A stretch of DNA of 64,000 nucleotides, from NCBI GenBank assembly GCA_015064625.1, contig SVRW01000007.1, forward strand, positions 19,794 to 83,793, written 5' to 3'. This document shows positions 26,411-35,647 of the stretch, one piece after another. Below the pieces are notes generated by a model, which was not told the DNA's origin, made no database searches, and worked only from the letters and a program-made list of their open reading frames with translations. The position numbers and the translations under genes were made by a program. Within the stretch, counting starts at the first letter, position 1. Each line of letters starts with the position of its first letter. The DNA comes from Oscillospiraceae bacterium (lineage in GTDB: Bacteria; Bacillota; Clostridia; Oscillospirales; CAG-382).

Positions 26411-28002
26411 AAAAACTGTGCCTTTTTTTAACGTTTGTATTGGTTTTTTCTTTGACATCCTGCCACGGTGGTGGAAAGCTTGTTGGCTTCGATGTTCCTT
26501 CGGAGTTTGACGAAAGCAAAGAGGTTGAGTTGACCTTCTGGGCAAAAAACGATACGAATATAACTCAGGCAAATATATATAGAAAAGCTATTGAGGATTT
26601 TTGCAAAATCTATCCCAATATCAAGATAAATTTAAGGCTTTATACAAACTATAACGATATATATAATGACGTTATAACCAATATTGCCACGTCAACCACT
26701 CCTGACGTATGCATAACGTACCCCGACCATATTGCAACTTATCTTTCGGGTGAAAACGTTGTAGTCCCCCTCGATGAGCTTATGGCGGACGAAAAATACG
26801 GTTTGGGAGGAACTGAGGTTAAATTCGATTCCGTTAAAAACGGTGAAATAATTGATAAGTTTCTGAAAGAAGGAAAGATAAACGGAACACAGTACGCCCT
26901 TCCTTTCATGCGTTCTACGGAGGCTTGTTATATAAACAAGGATTACGTTGAAAAGCTGGGTTATACGATTCCTGAGGTCCTCACTTGGGATTTTGTTTTC
27001 GAGGTTTCCGAGGCGGCTATGGCGAAGGATGAAAACGGGAACTTTGCCGTTAACGGTCAAAAAGTTCTTATACCTTTTATTTATAAATCGACGGACAATA
27101 TGATGATCCAGATTTTGAATCAGAAAAAAGCGGGTTATTCAACGGATAAAGGGGAAATTCTCCTTTTTAACGATACTGCAAAAGAGCTTTTGTTGAATAT
27201 TGCTCCATATGCGAAAGCGAAATCTTTTTCCACATTTAAAATTACAGGATATCCTGCAAACTACCTCAATGCAGGTCAATGTATTTTTGCCGTTGACTCA
27301 ACGGCGGGAGCAACTTGGATGGGCTCAAACGCTCCCCTTATTGATATAGCGGAAGACCAGCTCGTTAAATTTGATACGGTTGTCAAACCTATTCCCCAGT
27401 ATGATACGGAAAACCCAACTATGATATCCCAAGGCCCTTCCGTATGCGTGTTCAACAAGGAAGATCCTGACAGAGTTCTTGCTTCATGGCTCTTTACGCA
27501 ATTCCTTCTTACGAATGACGTTCAGATTGCTTATTCTCAAACGGAAGGATACGTTCCTGTAACCTCAAAGGCGCAAAGCTCGGATGAATATAAGGATTAT
27601 CTGTCAAGAAGCGGTGAGGACAACGACTTTTATTACAACGTTAAATTGGATGCAACGAAGCTCCTTCTCGATAACACTGATAAAACCTTTGTTACCCCTG
27701 TTTTCAACGGTTCTGCATCCTTGAGAAATGCGGCGGGGCAGTTAATAGAAGACGTAACAAAGTCCGTCAGAAGAGGTCAAACCGTTGATGAGACTTATAT
27801 TGATAATCTTTACAAGGAAATGACTTCCCTTTACAGACTCGATAACCTTTCTCCCACCAATGCAAAAGAGGGAAAAAAGGACCTTGGCGAGCTTCCGAAA
27901 GAGTCGAAAATTCTCATCGCTTCGCTTATATCCGTGTGGACTGTGCTTGTTTTCTTTTCTGTTTATTCAGCTTTTAAAAAGAAAAAGGACTTGACAAAGT
28001 AA
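26407..28002 (+). CDS. ABC transporter extracellular solute-binding lipoprotein with an extra C-terminal TM anchor
   Basis: Lipobox LTSC, a family-1 SBP-like body (ELTFWAKND...), and a terminal hydrophobic helix ILIASLISVWTVLVFFSVYSAF followed by KKKKD. Confidence 0.75.
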   Translation: MKKLCLFLTFVLVFSLTSCHGGGKLVGFDVPSEFDESKEVELTFWAKNDTNITQANIYRKAIEDFCKIYPNIKINLRLYTNYNDIYNDVITNIATSTTPDVCITYPDHIATYLSGENVVVPLDELMADEKYGLGGTEVKFDSVKNGEIIDKFLKEGKINGTQYALPFMRSTEACYINKDYVEKLGYTIPEVLTWDFVFEVSEAAMAKDENGNFAVNGQKVLIPFIYKSTDNMMIQILNQKKAGYSTDKGEILLFNDTAKELLLNIAPYAKAKSFSTFKITGYPANYLNAGQCIFAVDSTAGATWMGSNAPLIDIAEDQLVKFDTVVKPIPQYDTENPTMISQGPSVCVFNKEDPDRVLASWLFTQFLLTNDVQIAYSQTEGYVPVTSKAQSSDEYKDYLSRSGEDNDFYYNVKLDATKLLLDNTDKTFVTPVFNGSASLRNAAGQLIEDVTKSVRRGQTVDETYIDNLYKEMTSLYRLDNLSPTNAKEGKKDLGELPKESKILIASLISVWTVLVFFSVYSAFKKKKDLTK

Positions 28003-28021
28003 AATTTGTATGATAGAATGA

Positions 28022-28059
28022 AACCGTACTATTACAAGTAGTACGGTTCCGTTTTTTTT
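28022..28059 (+). terminator. Intrinsic terminator after the SBP gene
   Basis: AACCGTACT...AGTACGGTT stem followed by a run of 8 T. Confidence 0.85.
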
Positions 28060-28089
28060 GAATTTTTAATGCGAAAGGAATACGAAGAT

Positions 28090-29466
28090 ATGAAAAAGAA
28101 AATAATTTTATTCATAGCGTTAACGGTATTGGTTGTGGCGGGTATGGCGTTGTTGGCTTCTTATGTTTTCAGTGGTGGCAAATACGACAATATAAGTTGG
28201 GAATACAGAAACGACGTTCTTACCATTAAAGGTGAGGGAGATATGCCTGATTTCTATTATGAATGTCCGTTGGATAAGTATGCAGAGAAAGCAAAAGAGC
28301 TTGTAATTGAGGAAGGAATAACCTCCGTGACGGGAGATACTTTTTACGGTTTTAATAAACTTGAAAAAATAACGTTGCCCGACAGTGTGAATAAAATCGG
28401 AGATTCTGCTTTTGATTGTTGTATAAGTCTTAAAGAGGTTGATTTTGGCGAAGGGGTTGTTTCCATTGGAAGAAATGCTTTTGAATTTTGCATTGAACTC
28501 GAAAGTGTTAAGCTTCCCGAAAGTCTTGAAAGCTTGGGTTGTGTTTCCTTTTCCTGTTGTGAAAAACTCAAAACAGTTCATATGGGGTCAAAACTAAAGG
28601 AAATAGGTTGGTCGGCTTTTGATGATTGCCATGAAGATATAAGATTCTTTTTGAATGAAGAAAATCCGTTTTTGGTTTGCGAGGACGGTGTGTTTTTCTC
28701 CGAGGATAAAAAAACGCTCCTTTATTATTGCAACGTTAAGAAAAATGAAACGTATACTATTCCCGAAGGGATTGTGAAGATTGCTCCTTATGCGTTCCTC
28801 AACAGCGAAAATCTTAAGAAAGTGGATTTCCCGCAAAGCATTCAGATTATAGACGAAATGGCTTTCTGTAATAATTCAAATCTTCATATTGTTACTATTC
28901 CCGATTCTGTAACGGAAATCGGCAAAGGTGCTTTTGGCGGATGTATAAATTTGGAAAGGGTTTATATAGGAAAAGGTGTTTCTTCCGAATTAGAAAGTGT
29001 TTTCGTGCTTTCTGCCTGCATTTCCGAAATTTCCGTATCCGAGGAAAATATGCATTTTTCGTCTGTGGACGGAGTTTTGTTCAACAAGGATAAAACCAAG
29101 TTGATAATGTACCCTGCGGCAAAGGGCGGCGTAGTTTATGAAGTTCCTTCGACGGTTAATGAAATCGGACGGGGCGCATTTTCAAACTCCAACTTTTTAG
29201 GCGTTATTCTTCCTGATAACCTTGTTTCCGTTGGAGAGAGTGCTTTTAGCAATTCTACGATAGAGGAGATAAACATTCCCGCATCTGTTACGTCTTTGGG
29301 CGAAAATGCATTCAGAGATTGTGAATCGTTGAAAAAGATAATTTACGAAGGAACTATGAGCGAGTGGAAGAAGAATTTTTCGGACTCTTACTACGATTCC
29401 CGAACCGCCAATCATACGGTTATATGTTCCGATGGTGAAATAAACGTTGAAACCGATGATGAATAG
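28090..29466 (+). CDS. Membrane-anchored BspA-type leucine-rich repeat protein
   Basis: N-terminal TM, then many repeats of about 23 aa (IPDSVTEIGKGAFGGCINLERVYI etc.). Start taken at MKKKII (AAGGAA RBS). The ORF track's alternative start is 28069. Confidence 0.75.
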   Translation: MKKKIILFIALTVLVVAGMALLASYVFSGGKYDNISWEYRNDVLTIKGEGDMPDFYYECPLDKYAEKAKELVIEEGITSVTGDTFYGFNKLEKITLPDSVNKIGDSAFDCCISLKEVDFGEGVVSIGRNAFEFCIELESVKLPESLESLGCVSFSCCEKLKTVHMGSKLKEIGWSAFDDCHEDIRFFLNEENPFLVCEDGVFFSEDKKTLLYYCNVKKNETYTIPEGIVKIAPYAFLNSENLKKVDFPQSIQIIDEMAFCNNSNLHIVTIPDSVTEIGKGAFGGCINLERVYIGKGVSSELESVFVLSACISEISVSEENMHFSSVDGVLFNKDKTKLIMYPAAKGGVVYEVPSTVNEIGRGAFSNSNFLGVILPDNLVSVGESAFSNSTIEEINIPASVTSLGENAFRDCESLKKIIYEGTMSEWKKNFSDSYYDSRTANHTVICSDGEINVETDDE

Positions 29467-29548
29467 TGAGAAGATAAAAACGGCGATTATTTAGTGAAAT
29501 TCAATAATTTTTGAATTTGATAGCGAAAAATAACTTTCAAATTAACTA

Positions 29549-29576
29549 TTGACTTTTAAAAAAATTGGTATATAAT
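29549..29576 (+). promoter_or_regulatory. Sigma-A promoter
   Basis: TTGACT (29549-29554), 16-nt spacer, TATAAT (29571-29576). Confidence 0.65.
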
Positions 29577-29628
29577 ATGCTTTGTTCGGACGATAAGCCG
29601 AAACACAAATTTTTTAGGAGAATAAAAA

Positions 29629-30474
29629 ATGAAAAAATTCACCATTTGCATGTTGCTTTTAGCACTTGCTCTTTCCACAGTTCTTGTTGGTTGCGGTAAT
29701 GGCGATGATTCTTCCGCAGTATCAACAGAATCCAAAGCAGAAGAATCCAAGACAGAATCCAAAGCAGAAGAATCCAAAGCAGAAGAATCTGCTGACGCAT
29801 CCGCAGATGCTTCTACTGATGCTTCCGCAGATGCATCCACAGACGCATCTACAGACGACGTTAAAGTTATGACTTATGCTGAATATGCAGCAGCTGAAGT
29901 TGACGCAGCAGTTGTTATCGAAGCATACGTTCAGGCAAAACAGTCCTGGTGGGATAACAAAGCTACTATCTATACACAGGACAAAGACGGTGCATATTTC
30001 ATCTATGAAATGTCTTGCTCAGAAGAAGATTTTGCAAAACTCGTTCCCGGTACAAAGATTCGTGTAACGGGCTTCAAAACCATTTGGGAAGGTGAAGTTG
30101 AAATTGCTTCAGGTTCTACTTTCGAAATCATTGAAGGTGCAGACACATATATTGCAGAACCTGTTGATCTTACAGACGTTATCGCAACAGAAGATCTTAT
30201 CAACTATCAGAACCAGCTTGCAGTATTCAAGGGCATGACAGTTGAAAAGGTTGAGTTCAAAAACGGTGAACCTGGTGACGATATTTACGTAACACTTGGT
30301 CTTAACGGCGCAAGCTATTCTTTCTGCGTTGAACGTTACCTTACAGACCCTGAAACAGACGTTTATAAGACTGTAAGCACACTTGAAGTTGGTAAGGTTA
30401 TTGACGTTGAAGGCTTTGTTTATTGGTACAAAGGTTCAAACCCCCACATCACAAAGGTTACAGTTGTTCAGTAA
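29629..30474 (+). CDS. Lipoprotein with a low-complexity linker (SKAEES and DASA/DAST repeats) and a C-terminal domain of unknown function
   Basis: Lipobox LVGC. Tandem codon repeats at about 29730-29860. No family recognised. Confidence 0.6.
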   Translation: MKKFTICMLLLALALSTVLVGCGNGDDSSAVSTESKAEESKTESKAEESKAEESADASADASTDASADASTDASTDDVKVMTYAEYAAAEVDAAVVIEAYVQAKQSWWDNKATIYTQDKDGAYFIYEMSCSEEDFAKLVPGTKIRVTGFKTIWEGEVEIASGSTFEIIEGADTYIAEPVDLTDVIATEDLINYQNQLAVFKGMTVEKVEFKNGEPGDDIYVTLGLNGASYSFCVERYLTDPETDVYKTVSTLEVGKVIDVEGFVYWYKGSNPHITKVTVVQ

Positions 30475-30497
30475 TTGAATTGTAATTTAAAAAATGA

Positions 30498-30532
30498 GGT
30501 TTCTTTCTCTGCGGAGAAGGGAACCTTTTTTT
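30498..30532 (+). terminator. Intrinsic terminator
   Basis: 12-bp stem GGTTTCTTTCTC / GAGAAGGGAACC (two G-T pairs), tetraloop, then TTTTTTT. Confidence 0.8.
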
Positions 30533-30840
30533 GTCCTAAATAAGCTGTTTGTGGTTGACAAATTGTAAAAGGGGCGATAAAGTAAAAGCGTAGATTTTCG
30601 GTGATAGAGGGTGAAACTTTAAACGCTTTTCAAAATGATGCGAATTCGACATTAAATAGAGCAGAAAACGGATAAGACACCGTTGTTTTAGTGGTTTGGG
30701 ACAAGTCTCTGCCTCCGACAATGTATCTAAATCTATTATGCACCCCAAAAAAGTTCAAGATTGTATCAACTTCTTCGTTTTAGAATTGGCTTGCATTTTG
30801 CAAAAAAACATTGTTAAAGTACACAAATCTCAAACTTGTT

Positions 30841-30860
30841 TTTTGTGCAATTGCACAAAA
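30841..30860. promoter_or_regulatory. Perfect 20-bp palindrome, candidate operator
   Basis: TTTTGTGCAATTGCACAAAA equals its own reverse complement. It lies in an about 890-bp gene-free gap. Confidence 0.45.
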
Positions 30861-31059
30861 AGACGTTTTTGAAAATTTTTTTTGCAAAAAAATGTAACCT
30901 TTTGGAATGCTTAATACATTATATATATAGAGGGGCAAATTATTTTCAAAATATAAACTTGCCTTTAAAGCATTTTGAAAGGGGGACGTCCAATGGCCGG
31001 AAAAGACCGCATAAAACATTTTACGTAATGAAAACGGACTTGTTTTAATTTTAAAAAAA

Positions 31060-31091
31060 GAGGCATTTTCAAAAAGAGGCATTTTCAAAAA
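31060..31091. repeat. Perfect 16-bp tandem duplication
   Basis: GAGGCATTTTCAAAAA occurs twice in tandem. Confidence 0.9.
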
Positions 31092-31368
31092 AACGAAAAA
31101 CTAAAAAGATATGATGGCTAAAAATGTTTATAAAGGGGACGCTAACTGAGTGGGGTTCTTCTCTGTTTGATGAGTGAGGATGAAAGAGTAAGTATTTAAG
31201 CTGCTTCTTGACATTCTGTTGTTAAAATTTTTAAAATTAAACATCTCTGTCTCCTGCTTGGCATTCCAAAACGTCTATTTTAACAAAGAGGTGATACCGA
31301 TATTTTAATGTCTTTAAGCATGCTTTTACCAATTTGAAAATACAAAAAAATTGAAAAGGAAAGATATC

Positions 31369-32670
31369 ATGAAAAAAAATATAAAAAAACTTACTTTCTT
31401 CGTCATATTAATCACAATTGTTTTATCAAGTCTGAATTTTTCAAGTTTCAATACAGCCATGGCAGATGAACAACCTGTTTTGCCAGATGGTATGTATTTA
31501 ATTAAAAATTTGGGATTGGACACAAATATTCGCGCTGGGAGCTATTGTACAGTTCGTACTTCTTTTGGCAGGATAGATTACTACACTATAGAGGAAATGT
31601 TCACCGAAAACACAGCAAGTACTCCTGAAGCAACAGGAAGTTTGCTGTGGTATATTAAAAGAGATGAAATAAACAATAAATATTCTATCACTGCAGTTGG
31701 ATTAAGGCCAGCAGGCGAAGAAAGATTTGGAGCATATAAACTTTCAGCGTGTAGTGCTTACGCATACTTGTGCTATAACACACCACAATTCCCAAATTCT
31801 TTTGAAATTTCTGTAACTCAAAATGGTAATATATATACTGGAAATGTTATTGAAAATAATAGCAATACACGTTTGTCAGCTTCGTCGTCTAATGTTTATT
31901 TTTTCTCAGAAGATGGCATTAATGATCAGTGGGAGTTTACATATATAGATACAGCAAGATATAATTTTTTTTGGGAAGGCACATACAACCAAGGTATTTA
32001 TAATGGCGTTGCTCATGTGAAGATTTTACTTTCAGATGATTTATTAAACAGCAATTTATTTGGTGAAACCTTTGGCGTATCAAGAATACAAGAAGCAGTT
32101 ACAAAATGGAATGGAATTTCTGAAAATGTAATTATTTATGGCCCTAACGATTCGTTTCCAAACGGAATTACTCCATTTTATGTTACAATCACCACGAGTG
32201 ATGAAATATCTGTTGAGGGAGTCCAAGGGGATGCGTTTGGCGTAATGTTAGCTAATGGGGATGTAAACAATCATTCCTCAATTTTAGCAGAAGATTGGAA
32301 TAGCGCAACGATTGTTTTGAACGATTATGATACATGGCAAGATAATCCATTTTTACTTTATGAAACTGGAAGCACGGAACAATTAACAACTATTTCTGCA
32401 GTTATTACTCATGAAGTGGGGCATGCGCTTAAGCTTTCGCATCCGAACGAAGGGATATCGTTGGGCAACAGACATACTTTTGAAGGCAGTGTTGATAATA
32501 CACTTGAAACACATGAAATTTATTCTGTGATGAATAGTGGTAGCTTGTTTGAATATACTATAAATGGCTACGTTATTGACCCCCTTCCCGACACCTCTGC
32601 TGCACCTCAAGCATTTGACATTATAAACCTTAAAAGTAAATGGGAATATCACAATGGGTGTAATCATTAA
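31369..32670 (+). CDS. Secreted zinc metalloprotease (metzincin-like HExxHxxxxxH)
   Basis: Signal peptide and the motif HEVGHALKLSHP. The N-terminal about 170 aa may be a lectin-like domain (a QxW-like DQWEF). The gene is AT-rich. Start taken at ATG 31369; the ORF track's TTG start is 31351. Confidence 0.65.
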   Translation: MKKNIKKLTFFVILITIVLSSLNFSSFNTAMADEQPVLPDGMYLIKNLGLDTNIRAGSYCTVRTSFGRIDYYTIEEMFTENTASTPEATGSLLWYIKRDEINNKYSITAVGLRPAGEERFGAYKLSACSAYAYLCYNTPQFPNSFEISVTQNGNIYTGNVIENNSNTRLSASSSNVYFFSEDGINDQWEFTYIDTARYNFFWEGTYNQGIYNGVAHVKILLSDDLLNSNLFGETFGVSRIQEAVTKWNGISENVIIYGPNDSFPNGITPFYVTITTSDEISVEGVQGDAFGVMLANGDVNNHSSILAEDWNSATIVLNDYDTWQDNPFLLYETGSTEQLTTISAVITHEVGHALKLSHPNEGISLGNRHTFEGSVDNTLETHEIYSVMNSGSLFEYTINGYVIDPLPDTSAAPQAFDIINLKSKWEYHNGCNH

Positions 32671-32877
32671 TTTAATTTCTTGAATTTTTTCATAGAAATA
32701 CACGAAAATATGTGTGCTGCACTTGAACCCTAATAGCGCGCAAAACTGAAAAAACTATAGGCTGAAAGTGGTTTTATTTTAAATAGAACTCACAAATTAT
32801 TAATTGCTTGTAGAGATTTAAAAGTGAAAACGGTCTTGTTTTTTAAAAAACACATTACATAAAAGGGGGCATAAAAT

Positions 32878-33963
32878 ATGAAGACCAAATTTAAAAATAC
32901 TCTTTTATCTGCACTCATTTTATCCACGTCATTGAGTGGCTTTGCTTTGGGTGTTTCCGCTGAAACGGCGACGGAAACACAGTACATAAAGCTATACGAA
33001 AACTACACTGTGGGAGAATTTCTTGAAAGATATAAATTAAATCTCCCTGAAGGTGTTTCTGCTGATTTGGAAAAAGCATTGGGTAGCGGATTTAGCGCAA
33101 AGGACGCTCTTGGCGACTATATAACTGTGCTTTCGGGAGATGCGGACGGTGACGGTTTGGTAAGCTCCACGGACTATCTTAAACTGAAAAAACACATTCT
33201 GAAAGATATTGAACTTGACGGTGCATTTTTAGAAGCTGCGGACGTTAATGAGGACGGAGCTGTGGACAGTACGGACCTTCTCAGAGTAAAATCCAGCTTT
33301 TTAGGCGAATACAATATGAATTTGTCCATAAAATCAAAGTTGGATTCATATAGCTACTATTCTGCCACATCGTTAGCAACGTTGGAAAAAGAAACAATGG
33401 AATATCCTGATTCTGCATTTTTGCTCAAAATACGAATTGACGGTGTGGATTCATCGGTTTCAAGATTAGGCAAAGAGCTTGATTTGAAAAAGTATGTAGA
33501 TCCCGATTATAATTCCATGCAAGTATCTTTTACAATAACTGAGATTCTATCCGAAAGCGGAAAAGATAAATTTACTGTTGGCCAAAAACTCACAGCGGGT
33601 CAGGATTTTGTACATCTCATGCCAAACGGTAAAGGAACGTATCAACTTATAACAAGCCGATTTAACCCTCAGCTTCCATTAACGGAAGTGGGTAGGGAAT
33701 ACATTGTTTTAATGAGAGATTTGAGGTTTAGAAATTCAAATGGGGTGTTTACTGAGGAGAGAACGGAAAATCTTCCTTATTCCTTATATGGTATTGCGCC
33801 CACGTGGACTAAAAATCTTAACTCTATAGATATGTTTGCGGATATGTCCTTTAGTGAAATTTATCAGGATTTGGTAGAAGAAATTCAAGGGAAATACTGT
33901 GTAGATGAAAGCATCCCTGACGAAAGAACCAAATTTTTGATTCCCACATGGTGTTTAACTTAA
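32878..33963 (+). CDS. Secreted dockerin-containing protein with a C-terminal domain of unknown function
   Basis: Signal peptide. Dockerin GDADGDGLVSSTDYLKLKKHIL ... DVNEDGAVDSTDLLRVKSSFLG near the N-terminus. Confidence 0.7.
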   Translation: MKTKFKNTLLSALILSTSLSGFALGVSAETATETQYIKLYENYTVGEFLERYKLNLPEGVSADLEKALGSGFSAKDALGDYITVLSGDADGDGLVSSTDYLKLKKHILKDIELDGAFLEAADVNEDGAVDSTDLLRVKSSFLGEYNMNLSIKSKLDSYSYYSATSLATLEKETMEYPDSAFLLKIRIDGVDSSVSRLGKELDLKKYVDPDYNSMQVSFTITEILSESGKDKFTVGQKLTAGQDFVHLMPNGKGTYQLITSRFNPQLPLTEVGREYIVLMRDLRFRNSNGVFTEERTENLPYSLYGIAPTWTKNLNSIDMFADMSFSEIYQDLVEEIQGKYCVDESIPDERTKFLIPTWCLT

Positions 33964-33979
33964 AAACGTAATATTTTCA

Positions 33980-34017
33980 AAACCGCTGCGGATTATCTGC
34001 GGCGGTTTGTGTTTTTT
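33980..34017 (+). terminator. Intrinsic terminator
   Basis: AAACCGCTGCGG...CTGCGGCGGTTT stem followed by GTGTTTTTT. Confidence 0.75.
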
Positions 34018-34052
34018 GATAAAACAGTTAAATATAAAAGGCTTTTTTATGG

Positions 34053-34082
34053 TTGACATTATGCGGTGTTATGTGGTATAAT
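34053..34082 (+). promoter_or_regulatory. Sigma-A promoter of malQ
   Basis: TTGACA (34053-34058), 18-nt spacer, TGG-extended TATAAT (34077-34082). Confidence 0.65.
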
Positions 34083-34135
34083 TTATCCGAAAAGAGGTCT
34101 CCGATCAGGAGCAAACTAAAACAAAGGAGTTTACT

Positions 34136-35641
34136 ATGTCAGGTTTTATTTGTTCAGATGAAAAAAAGAGAAAAATATGTTTTTTAAAGCGTTCATCAGG
34201 TGTTCTTATGAACATTTCTTCCTTGCCAGGTGAATACGGTATTGGTACTGTGGGAAAAGAAGCAAGAAAATTTGCGGATTTCCTTGCAGAAGGCGGATTT
34301 ACCTATTGGCAGATTTTGCCCATAAATCCTCTTGGCGATGCAAACTCACCTTATTCCAGCGACGGTGCATTTGCGGGCAACTATCTTTATATAGACCCCG
34401 AAATGCTTTGCGAGGTAGGTCTTATTTCCAGAGCTACTCTTGAAAATTGCAAATACGCAGGCTCACCATATTCTGTTGATTATGAGTTTATTTATAAGTC
34501 AAGAATGTTTGCTCTTGAAGAAGCTTTTAGCAATGCATCTCCCGAGCTTTTGGAAAAAGCGGTTGCTTTTGCCAAAGAAAACCCATCGGTAGAAGAATAT
34601 GCAGAATTTTTTGCAGTTGCAAAAGCAAACGGATATATTCCTATGGGAGAGTGGGACAAAAACAAAGCAGATGAAAAAGATAAAATGCTTTGCATTTTCA
34701 TTCAGTATCTTTTTGATATGCAATGGGCTTCTTTCAAGGAATACGTTAACTCCAAGGGAATTTATATAATAGGGGACATGCCTTTCTACGTAAGTCTCCG
34801 TTCCGCAGACGTTTACAACAACAAGGAACTTTTCCAGCTTGACGATCAGTACGTTCCATCTGCTGTTGCGGGTGTTCCTCCTGATTTCTTCTCTGAGGAC
34901 GGTCAGTATTGGGGCAATCCTGTTTATAACTGGAAGGAAATGGAAAAGCAAGGCTTTGAATGGTGGATAAAACGAATTAAAAACAGCCTTAAATATCACG
35001 ATATAATAAGAATTGACCATTTCAGAGCATTTGCTTCTTATTGGTCTATTCCCGCAGGTGCTGAAACGGCAAAGGAAGGCAAATGGGTTAAAGGCCCTAA
35101 AATGAAGCTCTTCAAAGCCCTCAAAGCCGCTCTTGGAGAATTGCCAATTATTGCGGAGGACTTGGGCGAATTTGGTGAGGACGTAGAAAAGCTTCTTGCT
35201 GATACTGCATTCCCAGGAATGAAAATTATTCAGTTTGGTATCGGCTGCAAGGAGGAAAGCGAACATTCGCCTCACGTTTACCCCGAAAACTGTGTTGCTT
35301 ACACAGGCACTCACGATAACGATACCCTTCTTGGCGCACTTTTCTCTATGGATCATGAGGACAGAGAACGTGCTATGCGTTATTGCTCTGCTGAAGGAGT
35401 TCGTTGGGACGAAGGCGGATTCTACGCTCCGGGCTGTAGAAAGATTATTGAGGTTCTCTGGCGTTCAAACGCACGTGTTACTATTCTTCCTTTCCAGGAT
35501 ATGTGCGGATTCGGTTCTGACACAAGAATGAACGTTCCCGGTACTGCTGAGGGTAACTGGATGTACAGAACAACAGAGGAAACAATAGAAAACGTAGATA
35601 TTGCATATTACAAAAAGATCAACGAAGTTTTCATGAGATAA
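34136..35641 (+). CDS. malQ: 4-alpha-glucanotransferase (amylomaltase, GH77)
   Basis: RSSGVLMNISSLPGEYGIGT, WQILPINP, IGDMPFYV, IIRIDHFRAF and YTGTHDNDT. Confidence 0.92.
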   Translation: MSGFICSDEKKRKICFLKRSSGVLMNISSLPGEYGIGTVGKEARKFADFLAEGGFTYWQILPINPLGDANSPYSSDGAFAGNYLYIDPEMLCEVGLISRATLENCKYAGSPYSVDYEFIYKSRMFALEEAFSNASPELLEKAVAFAKENPSVEEYAEFFAVAKANGYIPMGEWDKNKADEKDKMLCIFIQYLFDMQWASFKEYVNSKGIYIIGDMPFYVSLRSADVYNNKELFQLDDQYVPSAVAGVPPDFFSEDGQYWGNPVYNWKEMEKQGFEWWIKRIKNSLKYHDIIRIDHFRAFASYWSIPAGAETAKEGKWVKGPKMKLFKALKAALGELPIIAEDLGEFGEDVEKLLADTAFPGMKIIQFGIGCKEESEHSPHVYPENCVAYTGTHDNDTLLGALFSMDHEDRERAMRYCSAEGVRWDEGGFYAPGCRKIIEVLWRSNARVTILPFQDMCGFGSDTRMNVPGTAEGNWMYRTTEETIENVDIAYYKKINEVFMR

Positions 35642-35647
35642 TAGATT

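Noticed and set aside
29556-29840. 94-aa ORF antisense to the lipoprotein low-complexity linker (DASAEASVEASADAS...)
   Set aside because: It mirrors the tandem codon repeats of the sense gene, which has a clear signal peptide, lipobox, promoter and RBS.
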